From the NCBI GenBank assembly GCA_009914755.4, contig CP068257.2:36832001-36896000 (forward strand): a stretch of 64,000 nucleotides of DNA. Direction: 5' to 3'. Source of the stretch: the human T2T-CHM13v2.0 reference genome, Homo sapiens. The translations under genes and the position numbers were made by a program. Below are positions 1 through 13,706 of this stretch, in pieces. Every line of letters begins with the position of its first letter. Positions within the stretch are counted from its first letter, which is position 1. The notes beneath the pieces were generated by a model that saw only the letters and a list, made by a program, of their open reading frames with translations, searched no databases and was not told the DNA's origin.

Positions 1-1546
1 GAAACAAATGAATAAAGAAAATCTCTCTCACATACACATTTTGGGAGTAAGAAGAAGCTGAGGGGTTTTCACAGACCCATTCCCACAACAGCGGTCACTA
101 AAGTTAAGTGCTGCTCTTCAGAAGCAAACCAAGGCACAGCCCTGCCACATCTTTGTCCTCCCACTTGACTTGGCTGTTGGCAGGTTTCATCATCCCTTCG
201 GTTAAAGCTTGAATGGACACACGCTGCTGCATAGGGCCCTCCCTGCCTGGCAGCCCTGTGACTTCAAAGGGGAGAGAGGATCTAGCCCAGTAGGATTAAA
301 ACCAGAAAAAGAGTGCTGAACACAGGCTGCTAATCAGGACCACATGAGTTCTTTAACTCCAGCTCTGGGAGAGACTTCCTGGCCTTGACTGACATGTCTC
401 TCCTTCCCTGCAGCCTGGCTCCTCCTCTTTATAACTAGCAGATCTCACCTACCTACTTACCTGCCTGCCTACCTGCCGGCCAAGGTAGGCAGCTGCCTTA
501 GTTAGCATGTATAGATTGTTATTGCAGAAACTCTGGCCAGCCACAAGGCTTGGGATCTGCTTCAGTGGCTTTATAACAGAGAATATTTTAAACGTCAAAA
601 TCTGGCAGATATGTGGCATAATCATTTCATATGCCTGCTTCTATGTTACTATAAAAAGACCTGAACTTTAGATTGGTGTTTGCCAATGTGTGGGGTGTTT
701 TTTTCTGTAGCTCCAGGAAAGTTGGGATATTCCCATCAGGCAAATGGCAGGCTACCAAGCTCATTTTTAAATAACTTACGAGAAACACATAATTCTAAGC
801 AAATTACCCCCAAACAAAAGGTACTACTGTGTTAGTACTGTAGTATTGATTATTTCATTTCAATACGGAATATACCAATAACACATGAGGACCATTCCTT
901 TGGATTTTGGTCATGGGATAACAGTTCCAGAAATGAAGGGAGGTCCCACCAGGTTATATTTCATATTATAACTCTAAAATATGCATCTATTTTCAAGTAA
1001 CTAGAGTACAAAAAAGGATCCAAAATACATTAGAACACTGAAAAAGAAAACTAACAAAGTTGAATGCATACTGACATTTTCAGCAAAGTATTTCAGGAAT
1101 CCTGATGCCTTTCTATAACAGATGAATACTTTGCAAGATGCCTATTTCTCAACCAAAGTATTAGAAAATAAAGGCCCAAAATTGATTCTAATTTGTGATC
1201 CTTATAGCTCATAAAAATATTACATTGTTAATACAGAGAATCCATCATACTTAACCTCTTTTGAAAATTTGGGAGTGGTAAAGTGTTGAAACTGAGAAAA
1301 TCTTTAAGAATGGTCAGGTGAATTTCACATCTGGAGTAAGCAAAGGCATCCATGGTCCTTTCGTGGTTTTCAAAAATTAGGAAGATGGCCAGAACTAGGC
1401 CTCTCGAGAATTGGATTATCAAACCCACCTTCAATGTTTTCAAGTCTTATATGCTATAATTATTTGATAATTATGAAAAACAAATGGAACAACTAAGTGG
1501 AACAAGAATTGTATGATCATGATCATGCTTAAAAAAAAAAAAATCT

Positions 1547-1896
<350 letters not shown>

Positions 1897-3670
1897 TCAT
1901 TCACTTAGGAAGCCAGCATCATCTTCAATCAATAGCCTACTTTTTCTGTCAGTTTTAATCCCATTACAATCCAATACAAAACCCTTCCTTAAATTTCCCT
2001 CACATATAACCACGCAGAATTTGGTACATCACTTAACTCCCTATATTGCCATCTTTTAACCACTTTCATAAATAGCTTATCCACCAAATAAACCAGGTTA
2101 CCTTAAGCACTTTCATGCAATATCCTCTTAAATTCTATTTTGTTGATTACAAGATACACCACTTTTCACATTTTATCAGCTCTGAAATATGAAAATGAAA
2201 GGCTTATCCTAGGTATCAGGCAGCATTTCTTCTTCTCTGATGGCAGATAAAATAATGGGACATTTTATATCCAATGACATCTTACATTTTATGAAAAATG
2301 ATCATTTAATCCTTACAATTGTCCTATAAGGTCAGCTGTGATTCTTGCCCACCCATCAGAAAGTGCGATTAGAGAAGTAACATCAACAGTGAGGATGAGG
2401 CAGAAACAGGGTTTGTGTCTCTGAATGGAATCATTCCCCAAGGCTGTAGACTGGCCACTACCTGGCTGTTACTGGAAGGAAGAAGTTGGATTAAGAAAAG
2501 TCACACGGTGGAGTGTTTTGGTGCCTGCTCTTGCCATGAGAGATGGAATCACCTAGAGAGAGACAGAGAGAGAGAGGCTGGTAGAGGGAAGAGACAGAAG
2601 AAAGATGAAGGGATAAGTGTCCAGAATCCCTGGATCTGGGATGGAATAAAGGATCTGGATGGTAAACGGAGAGTGCTGGGAACCAGTAAGGACTTCTCTA
2701 GGTATACCATGCTCTTCTATGAGCCTAGGGGATGTGTAGCAATGGGCCCTGCATACAGTTAATCATTTCTTTTGCAATGGCTTAAATCAACAACCTTGTT
2801 CTTTTCTTTGATTAATCAGATTATTCAGACACAAAGACATGGCCAGGTGTTGGGATGTGTTCACTGCAGGTGGATGCCTGCCTTCTCTTAATGAGTACTA
2901 TGCAGGAAAACTAGGACAGGTAGGAGTACCATTTATAAATATGCTGGAGCCTATGCCACTTTGGGCGGCCTTTAGTGGATGTCTGCAGACCTAAGGATAT
3001 TGGAAATCTATCTATTAGGCTGTCGCAGGCTCTATTGTTTATAGTTTCTCTTCAAGGCAGCACATATGCAGTAGATGCTTCTAAAAGGTCTAGTATCTAA
3101 TTGTATTTGGAGGAGGAAAAAACAACACAAACAAAATAGACAATGCACTTAGAGAAAGCTCTGCTCTCCCACCATAAGCCTGACAAAGATACTCCAGTCC
3201 TTCAGGAGTTTTTATTCTAAATGTGTGCACTTTTGCAATTCTGATGCCACCAGTATCTCATTAAACAAGAATCTTCATCTGACCAGTGTGTCTTTTATTT
3301 ACAACACACAAAAAAGCGAAACGTGGTAAGTGAAAGAAGCTTCACAAAGCTGGGTATGATCATTTTTGCCCCTTCTTGATATGATTTTCTTTTCTTCTTA
3401 ATTCTTCAGAGAAGGAAGTATTAACATCGTATATTAAATGCAGCATCTAGCTTTGTGTTCACGTTTTTCTAATTTAACACATTGCAATTTTAGTCCTTCA
3501 AAACTATAAAAAAAATCTTGGATTAACCTCAAAGGAAAAATGTATGTAGGCAAATGAAGTCCATCTAAAGAGAGTATTTCTCCAATATGGTATCACTTCA
3601 GTGTCAAATAATTTCACCACTCACAACACTAGTCCAGTGCTAAGAAATGAGACCCAGAACTAGTGTCCAG

Positions 3671-3949
3671 ATACATTTGCACATACATATATACAAACAC
3701 ATACACATGCTTACATATGTACACATATACATGTGTGCATGCATGCAAATACATACATGCGCAAATACATATATACACACACACACATATATACAGATAC
3801 GCACATGCATATACACAAATACATATATAAGTGTATGCATATATGCAAATAGATACCTACAGAAATACATGCAGATATACAATACATAATGTATATACAA
3901 AAATATCATACGTATGTATACATATTACTAAATACATACTAAGATAATA
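3671..3949. repeat. Low-complexity (CA)n/(TA)n/(CATA)n-like tract
   Basis: About 280 bp made almost entirely of acatacatatatacaaacacatacacatgc-type units. ORFs on both strands here are repeat artefacts. Confidence 0.85.
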
Positions 3950-5038
3950 AGGAGAGATGAAAATCTTTATCCTTATTATCTTTATTAATAGAACGCTTTA
4001 GAGGACTTTCAGATATTCTTTATCTTTAATCATATCCACTAGGGCAAATGTTGCCTAAAAGATACAGAGAACCTGGCTTCTTCCCATTTCACCTCTGCTC
4101 CTTCCTCTCTCATCCTAGAAGGTGCTTTTCCCTATGCTCAGCACATCCCTTCAGAACAGACTTAGCTGGGGATCCATCCCCTCCATGTCCTTCAGCCAAT
4201 TTTCCCGGCTCTGGACTCACAGACTTTCTCAGGGCTCTGAGAAGGCCTGGCTGGTGCCAGCAATTCTCTTTGCCCACATACTTCTCCCCTGGCCTTGCCT
4301 TTATTCAAATATAAGCATTTTCAGGGCTGGCTCCTCTGTATGTCTGCCTCTAGAAATAAGATAATTTCTTAACCTCAAATGCTTGTTGGTGTTCATATTA
4401 GCCCTAGGACTAAGACATCAGGTGATATTACAGCCCCATCATAATGCTATAAATGGGATCCACAAACTTCTATTACATCCAAATGAAGAGACGTGTTTTT
4501 GTGAGATGAATGGATTGTGTAGCCAATGCCCAGGAGTTCCAGGGAGTTTGGAAAATAATTGCCATTGGCAATATGTCTGCAGTCATACTACCAAAGAGCG
4601 TATTATTGCAGAGTTTCACCTTCAATCCACATAGGCTTAAATAGGGACTTCCTATAGCTAAGCAACCTATGAACAAAATAAGACTTACTGGAAAATGAAC
4701 GTTTGCAAAAGAAGGAGGGAGCATTCAATCTGGAAAGCAGAAACTCTAGAAATATTGTGAAAGATTGGAGCATGGTAGAAAAATGTTAAAGAAAGAATAG
4801 TTATGTCCACATAATGAAAATTAGATTTAAATGAGCCTTGGGAGATCAAGAATGTCAACCAACATCATTTTAAAACAACTCTGTTTTCTCAGTGCCATGC
4901 AGAATAAACCTCGAATGCATTTGAAAGGACAATGAACTGGGACTCTTTGCCCTGGCAAATGCCATTTAACTGTTTAAGAAACAACATGCCTGTGATGTGA
5001 ATAGCTTCTTATTTTCTTCTTTAAAGAATCGCTTTTTT

Positions 5039-5350
<312 letters not shown>

Positions 5351-6530
5351 TCACTTTTTCTTCCCAGTAGGCTTCTTTCCTTCTTTGGAGATGAGCAAAA
5401 AGTATAAAAACATCTGTGGAAACCTCCTGTTTGTATGTTTTACATTGGAATGGGTGCAAAAAATACACTCACTATTCCTTTACATCCTTCTAAGAGGGCT
5501 GTTTCTACTCTTGACACTCAATACTTGTTTTTGTTTCTCTAATCACTGTCATACGTTACTCACGAATATTCAACAAAACCCTTTTCCTTATTTTTTATCT
5601 AGTTTTAAATAATTCATTTGAGATAAAAAGAAGTTTTTCTTTGCTTTTTTTAATCACTCAGCGGAGGATGAACATGAAGCTGTACCAATGGATAGGAGAC
5701 CATCTGGTAGAGCACGGGAGCCAGGGATAGGGATCTGAAGATGGAAGATGTGAGTTTCAAGCTGGGCTCTGCCCTTGCTCTGGGAATCACCTGGGTAAAT
5801 CCTTTAACCCTTTCCTGCCCCAAGTGTGAGCTGAGAGCTTGCCAGAAATGCAGATTCCGAGTCTCCAGCCCTGCTGAGTCAGAATCTGCTTTGTAACAAC
5901 TTCCCCAGGTGAGCTGGGTGCCTGCTCACTTCAACAAGTGCTGCATTATCCTTTTTGACTCTCAATTTCTTCAACTATAAAGGTGGTACTGATGGCAACC
6001 AGCTGCCGAGCAGCTCTCTCCCAGGACAGTTAAATGGGCCAAATAATCTAGTGTGTGTAACAGGTTTCATAAATCTTAATATTGTATTTAAATTATCATA
6101 TGATAGAAGGGTGATGTGACTGACTCCAAACCTCTGCATGTGAACCATCAGAATTATCCATTCTAGTCATATTATTCTAACAAGCCAGATGCAAGGAAAA
6201 TCACAGTCTCTTGTGTGCAAATTATCACTTATTTTTTGTAAGTACTGGATTTTCAAACCAAGTATCTACCTAACAGAGGGGAAGGGAGATCTAGCATCTT
6301 TTACTTCAAGAGCACGTCTGTCACTTTGATTTATAGCCTTTTTGGTCCCTGGTCCAGTTCTTTTGTGGGTTTTCCATTCAAATTCTACATTAGTTTGTTT
6401 AATGTCAATTAAATCAAAGCTTTGTGCAGGAAGGAATGAATCCTGGTACACTCCCCAGCGTGCTGTTGGTATTCTCTACATAACAAGATAATAAATTAAT
6501 AGATATACCATGGTCTTATAACATAATGTT

Positions 6531-6566
6531 CTTTTTCTTTCTTTCTTTCTTTCTTTTTTTTTTTTT
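6531..6566. repeat. (TTTC)n / poly(T) microsatellite
   Basis: The tract reads ctttttctttctttctttctttcttttttttttttt. Confidence 0.85.
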
Positions 6567-8589
6567 ACCTAGAATAGCACAAGGCACAAAGTTGATAGCC
6601 CTCAAACTTCTGAAGAAAAGTCTTTTCTTCCAGGATGTGGAATCCATAATGCTTTCTATGTTAACTTTCCCTAAAAATTGTTGAATTTTTCATAAACTTC
6701 TATGAGGAAGTGTTTCCATGGCAGTCTGGCTAAGAGGTTCACACCATCATTCTGTCCTGGTGATTTTTGAAACTTACAAGCCCAGGTTGAAACTCAGGTG
6801 ATTCAAGGCTTGAGAAACACAAAGGCCAAGCTCAAGGAGTAGCAAAGTTGCTTGCACTTTTTTTCTATTGGCATGGTCCTTCTCTGAACACCAGGGAAGG
6901 GGTGGTGCACCACCTCTCTCCTCTTCAGAAGGAGCTCCGTGAAAAATCGGCAGTTTTATGCTTGGCCCTTTCAAAACACACAAAGGCTAAAAATACAGTG
7001 TGCTACGCATCTGGAATGTGTCTCATCTGTGAATCTCTGACACATGGATTCATTGTTTTCGATAAAATTCCAGGAATTTTATTCATGAGAAAATTCTGGC
7101 ACAATGGAAAACCCTGGCAAGCAAAAGATAGGGGCAGCAGATGTCCTGGCCTCCACCCACAACTCTGTCTCTGCTTTTAGCTAATTTTCATCAGGTGTCA
7201 CTCTCATGCCTTCAAACACTCAATTCAAAATTTCCCATAAGACGGGGGTGAGGGGGTGGGGGTGTCAAAACAGCCTTAATTTTTTAAATAATTGGTACGG
7301 TCCCCCCCCTCCCCACAGACAGGTGTGTCACACCAGGTTCAACATGCACGTGCCAGGATGCAGGATGGGCACTTTAAGAAGAAGCCGCAAGACCACAGGG
7401 CCACTGGCCATGGGGCTCCACCACTCCGTGCCCCTCATGTACCAAGTCTTCAAGCTCCTCGTCTAAAATGAGGGTCTGGTCTACTGATGTTTTCTAAGAC
7501 TCCATTTTGCACCAAAATGAGATCGATTTGTTTAACTAGTAACATCCTCTTTCAGCCATAGCCAGGCTGCAGTCTCTACCTCCTCCATCTCTGAGCAGAC
7601 ATGCAGATAAGGTAGAAATCTACCATGTATGGAGTTGCTAAAAAGTTCCTATGCATCCAGGTTAGATGCTAACTGCAGGGTCTTTCCCTGCTGCCCCCAG
7701 ACTTTAATTTTCCTCAATCTTGTAGGTATCTCCTTCTGTGCTAATGGTAAGAAGCTAGTCAGCACCCTGAGAGCTAGTGTTATGTTTTTAAGTGTGGAAA
7801 GGATCTACTCTCTTGCATGGGAATATGGCATCTGTTCTACACATAAAGCACTTCAATAATAATAATAAATAAAAAAATTTAAAAAATAAAAAACACATGG
7901 CAACATGGTAATACCAACAGAAAGTCTTGTAGAAACTGGGGTTCTGGCAGACAGAGGAGCACATGAATAAGTCTCCACTATTCACATGATGGTCCAGGGG
8001 TCTCCTTCTTTTGCTTTCTATCCCCATCCCCAGATCATTGTTGGCATGGGCCACACACTGTATAACGCAGACATGAACACAGACGTTTTCTTTTTCTTAG
8101 ACGCTGACTTACGTAGAAAGAGTTAGTCTTCACCCACTGTGAGGGTCCAATCCCTGCCAAGGTCTTTCTTCAGCTTGGTAAGTGATGATGTCTGACTCCC
8201 TGGGGCTGGGATGCTAAGCCTGTGCTTTTCAGAAGATTTTTCCAGCACATAAATATATCCTGGTTGCTGCATGGAAAGGGGACTAAGTAGCCAGGTCATC
8301 AGAGCCCTTTGCTAATGTTATACGCTGAGCTCATGCTTTTCCTATGACATAGATGGGCACTGGGTAGACCCCGTCCTGGTAACACTTTTCATGCACTAAC
8401 AAGTTGGTTGCCAGTGAGACTTGATTTTTATGACTCTGGGAGTGCTGACCTCAAAACCTAATACATTTGAACTAGGAGAGCAATCCCTCCAACAATTTCA
8501 AACTACACATACTTACATCACATCCAATAGGGCTCTTTTGCCATCTGGCTTGAGCCCCTCTATAAATATGTCTACTTTGAAAGTCACAA

Positions 8590-8885
8590 GCCTGGGCGGG
8601 GTGGCTCACACCTGTAATCCCAGCACTTTGGGAGGTGGAGGCAGGCAGACCACGAGGTCAGGAGATGGAAAACATCCTGGCTAACATGGTGAAACCCCAT
8701 CTCTACTAAAAATACAAAAAATTAGCTGGGCGTGGTGGCACATGCCTGTAGTCCCAGCTACTCAGGAGGCTGAGGCAGGAGAATCGCTTGAACCTGGGGG
8801 ACAGAGGTTGCAGTGAGCCGAGATCATGCCACTGCACTCTGGCCTGGGCGAAAGAGCAAGACTCTGTCTCAAAAAAAAAAAAAAA
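8590..8885 (+). mobile_element. Alu SINE, full length
   Basis: Begins gcctgggcggggtggctcacacctgtaatcccagcactttgggagg and ends in a poly(A) tail at 8871-8885. The TSD is aaagtcacaa on both flanks. Confidence 0.9.
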
Positions 8886-9422
8886 GTCACAAATACTCTT
8901 TAAAAGTGTGCAGAGTCATTCATATCCAAACCATCAAGGCCTGCCCAACAGCCTGGTGACTTGAAATCTTGACGTGTACACAGAGTCTAAACCTCGGTCT
9001 TTAGATTGCCTCCTTACTGGACCTCTTTACTTATTAAGATTCATCCTTGTGGAGGAAGTGAGGTCATGGATGTTCACATCTATCTTTCCCAGGAAGAAAA
9101 GGAAGCTTCAAGAGCTGGGAAATGCTATGCACCACTGTGCAGGTTCTGAGCAGCACAGAGCCACCTGTGGGGTGGGCGGGTAGGTGAGTAGTGGACATCT
9201 GACCACCAGGCGCTGTGCAGGACTACCTCCTTGCAGAGCAGGTGGGGCCTTCCAAGTTGCCTACTCATCCAACCTGCACAGTAAGCCTTATGGGAGCGTC
9301 ATGGGGCTACGCCTACTTCAAAGAGCAACTTAGCTAAAGGGAAAGAGAATTTGCACTTGCTCTCTTCCACTCTAGCAGACTTGCACTTGTCGCTATTTAT
9401 TTGTGAACACAGACTCATTTTA

Positions 9423-9931
<509 letters not shown>

Positions 9932-12502
9932 TCAGGCAGAATTTTTATTAATGAATCTGATGCCAATTCAGTATTTCTGCAATCACAATGCACTTTCGCA
10001 ATATTTATCCAAGCAATATTTATCCAACAAAAATATCCAATATTTATTTATCCAGGATCTCGCAAACGTTCAGTCTAGTTTCACTCACGTCAGTGTCTCT
10101 AACCTTCATACTTTGCTTTCAAGCAAGAGTCGTGTGTTGGTCTGGGTGTCCGAAGGTGGGGGTGGTAGCTGGTGATGCAAGGAACCAAAAATTGGCCATA
10201 CTTACTTACTTAAATATTTCACAGCTCTTTAACAGATTCTCATCTCCTGCTCTCTTCTCTTCTCCAACCTTGCCGTCTGGTTCTGACACTGTCCTGCCAC
10301 GATTAGGAGTGAGCTTTTTGGGGTTCCCTCAAACATTCACTCCCAGCTGGTCTCTTTGTTACCTACTCAAGAGCAGTTCATACTGTTGGCCACTCTCCCC
10401 TTTTTTAACCCTCTTTTCTTTGGCTTCCATATTCCTGCTATTCCTCCTATTTGGTTGACAATTCCATCCCCCATCTCTTTATGCCCTCCTTTTTCTCTCC
10501 TCATTCTCTAAATGTCAGCTTTCCTCTGTGCACTCTCCTGGGCCACTTCTCTACTAGGCTATCATTTCTTCCAAGCCATCACTCAGGAGCCACTCCAATG
10601 GCCTCAGCGCTGCCAGGAAGCGCAGCGCATTTAATTTGAAGGGTGAAACTGCCTTGGAGGGATGGCAGGTGCATGCTTAATAACTTGTTTCCCAAGGCCA
10701 CATAAGTGTCATTACTGGATGATAATTATCAGCTCAAGAGGGAAAGTTCTAAGACAGAGAATGCAAGATTTCTAAACAGGTCTAAGACAGTTTTCCAATG
10801 TAAGATTTATTATGTAACAGTTTTGAAAGTAGTGTCTGATTCCCTGTCTATATCCTCCAGAACAATCTGAGGGCATGGTTGCCATTACAATTTACTTTGG
10901 GGGACGATTTTATAGCACGTCTTCACAGACAACACGACAAACATCTTTGCTTCTGCTACACTGACAACCTGAAGTTAACATTTCTGTACCTATGTAGCCA
11001 TTTTAATCACCCCCTAAACTGGTTATTCCACAGCCCAGGGGTGTGGGACTGAGTCAGATGGGCTAGAGATACCTTTATTCAGAGGATTTAGAAGTTTGCC
11101 TCAGAGAAAGGCCATTTCTAGTCTCCACTAGAAATCACACATATCTTCCAGGAATAAGAATATTCTCTTACTCATAAGTTCAACAAATATGTACTGAACA
11201 CCTTTTCTACTTAGAAACTTGTCTAGCTGCTTCTAGATTACATCCATGACCCAAAACCACAAAGACACCTATCTGCATAAGGCTTGTATTCTAGCACTAC
11301 AAGCCACAGATAATTTTTGAAAATCAATTAATCAACCAATAATTGATAGGGTAAATTTATAACCTTGTTTTTCAAGCCTGATCTCAGGGTTAGAAGGTGG
11401 TAAGTGATAAGTATGAAGAAACAGAAGGCAGAACTAGAGACTCAGGAAAAGAGAGGTAAACTGCTGCTTTTCATTTAGAGTGGCCAGGGTGGTCCTGAGA
11501 AAACGCGAAGGAGGGGAGGGTGTGAGCCCCCATGCATTCATGAAGAATAGGCCTTCCAGCCTTGGCAACAGCTAGAACAAGGCCAGAGTGGACTGCGGGG
11601 GCTGCACGAGGAACAATGGGACCAAGAACAGCCAGGGAGGAGGGGTTACTGGAAAGGAGCGAAAGAAAGAACCAGGAGGTGAACCAGGAAAGGCTGGGGG
11701 TGGTAGAGCCTTGCAGGCCATGGCAGGAACCTGGGTGTTGACTCAGAGAGAAGTGGAGTCTCTCTAGCCGTCTTGGCTAAAAGCCCGGGAATTGTCTTCT
11801 TCTGTGTTGCACTAATATTTTCCATCTCATAAGGGTTCTGCAAAGAAAATTCTTTCTATCTTTAAAGTTTTATTATTTTCAAAACTAAATGTGATGAGAA
11901 TGCATATATTGCATATGCCATGTGTACACCAAAAGCCACACCTAATAAAATGTTACAGCCATCCTTTGTCCCACATGCAACGGGAACTTCCATTCATCAT
12001 CACATGCAGAAACTCTGGGAACTGAGAATCTGTACTTTTCATTCAGAGTCTGCAAGGGGTCACGGCCATTTTGAAAGGCTTTGACTCACACAGGAAATAC
12101 CTCACTGAGGCTCCCACCCACCCATCCACTAATAGGGCAGCCTTTAGGGAAACTGACTTGTGGCAACTGAAAGGAATAACGGCACCAAAGTATTCCCCTG
12201 CCCTGAAATCTCTGTTTACCTGTGGACCGGTGATGGGTGTGAGGCTGTAGGTTTTAACGAGCTCTGAATGGCAAATGGCAGACAATGGTGTCACTTCCTT
12301 TCTGCTTAGGAAGGAGACGTTTGGAAAAACTGTTCACTGCTGTGCTTGCCTATGGAGAACCTGGATTCCCAGAGCTCTATCTGGTAGAACGTGTCTCCAT
12401 ATTAATAAGCAGTGAATCCTCTTTTGCGGCTGAATTTTCCTCAAGGAAGCAGCATGGGCCTTATTACTGCCTTAAAACCCAATTTCAATATTCGATACAT
12501 AG

Positions 12503-12896
12503 TCTGTGTATTCATTTGCTAGGGTTGCCAAGACAATGTACCACGGACTGAGGGGCTTAAGCAACAGACATTTATTCTCTCATGGCTCTGGAAGCTGGAA
12601 GTCAGAGAGCAAAGTAGCAGCGGGGTTGATTCCTCCTGAGGACTCCCTCCTTAGCTTGTGGATGGTCATCTTCTCCCTGTCTCTTCATATCATCCTCCCT
12701 CTATGCATGCCTGTTTCTGAGTCCAAATTACCTCTTTTTATAAGGACATCAGTCCCACTGAATTAAGGACCACCCTAAGGGCCTCATTTTAATTGGATTA
12801 CCTCTGTAAAGGCCCTACCTCCAAATAAGGTCCCACTCTGAGGTCCTGGGGGTTAGGACTTCAACATAACTCAGGGAACACTATTCAACCCATACC
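12503..12896 (-). mobile_element. MaLR LTR, MLT1-type solo LTR (ERVL-MaLR)
   Basis: This is the reverse complement of the MLT1-type consensus. Motifs present include ...aagcaacagacatttattctctcatggctctggaagctggaagtc, ttataaggacatcagtcccactgaattaaggaccaccctaagggcctcattttaattggattacctc and ggtcccactctgaggtcctgggggttaggacttcaacata. The same family occurs in the opposite orientation at 30783-31944. I recall the MLT1 subfamily name from memory only. Confidence 0.55.
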
Positions 12897-13017
12897 ATCC
12901 TCCAGGAAGGCAGAGAATGTGTCCCTCTTCTTCACTGCTGTATCTCCCTGCCTAGCACAGTGCCAGGTACCACACTATGCTCTGTAGGTCAGTGATTCTC
13001 CTGAGCTCTGTAGGTCA

Positions 13018-13235
13018 GTCATTCTCAAAGTGTTGTCCAGGAACCCCCTGGGGTCCCCAGACCCCTCTAAGGGCAGGCACAAGCAGATCTGAGAATCCAG
13101 CTGCCTCCAATTAGCCCAGACATTAAAGAGATTGCAAAAAATGCAAAACAATGCCACTTCTCATTAACATTTTCTTGGAAAATAGAGTTACTTTTCATAA
13201 AAATATCTCATTTGTGTTAACATGCAATGAGTTTA
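13018..13235 (+). mobile_element. Possible hAT-Charlie/MER-type DNA transposon fragment
   Basis: The terminus cagtcattctcaaagtgttgtccaggaacc resembles the hAT-Charlie TIR motif cagtggttctcaaagtgtggtcc. A 24-bp tandem duplication lies immediately upstream. The internal sequence is not recognised, so this call is weak. Confidence 0.25.
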
Positions 13236-13408
<173 letters not shown>

Positions 13409-13706
13409 TTTTTTCTTTTTCTTTTTCTTTTTTGAGACGGAGTCTCGCCCTGTTGCCCAGGCTGGAATGCAGTGGCGCGATCTTGGCTCACTGCAAACTC
13501 TGCCTCCTGGGTTCATGCCTTCTCCTGCCTCAGCCTCCTGAGTAGCTGGGACTACAGGTACCCGCCACCACGCCTGGCTAATTTTTTTGTATTTTTAGTA
13601 GAAACAGGGTTTCATGATATTGGCTAGGCTGGTCTTGAACTCCTGACCTCAGGTGATCTGCCTGCTTTGGCCTCCCAAAGTGCTGGGATTACAGTCATGA
13701 GCCACT
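13409..13706 (-). mobile_element. Alu SINE, full length
   Basis: Begins (T)n-rich cttttttgagacggagtctcgccctgttgcccaggctggaatgcagtggcgcgatcttggctcactgcaa and ends ...gagccactgcacctggcc. It abuts the truncated Alu upstream. Confidence 0.9.
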
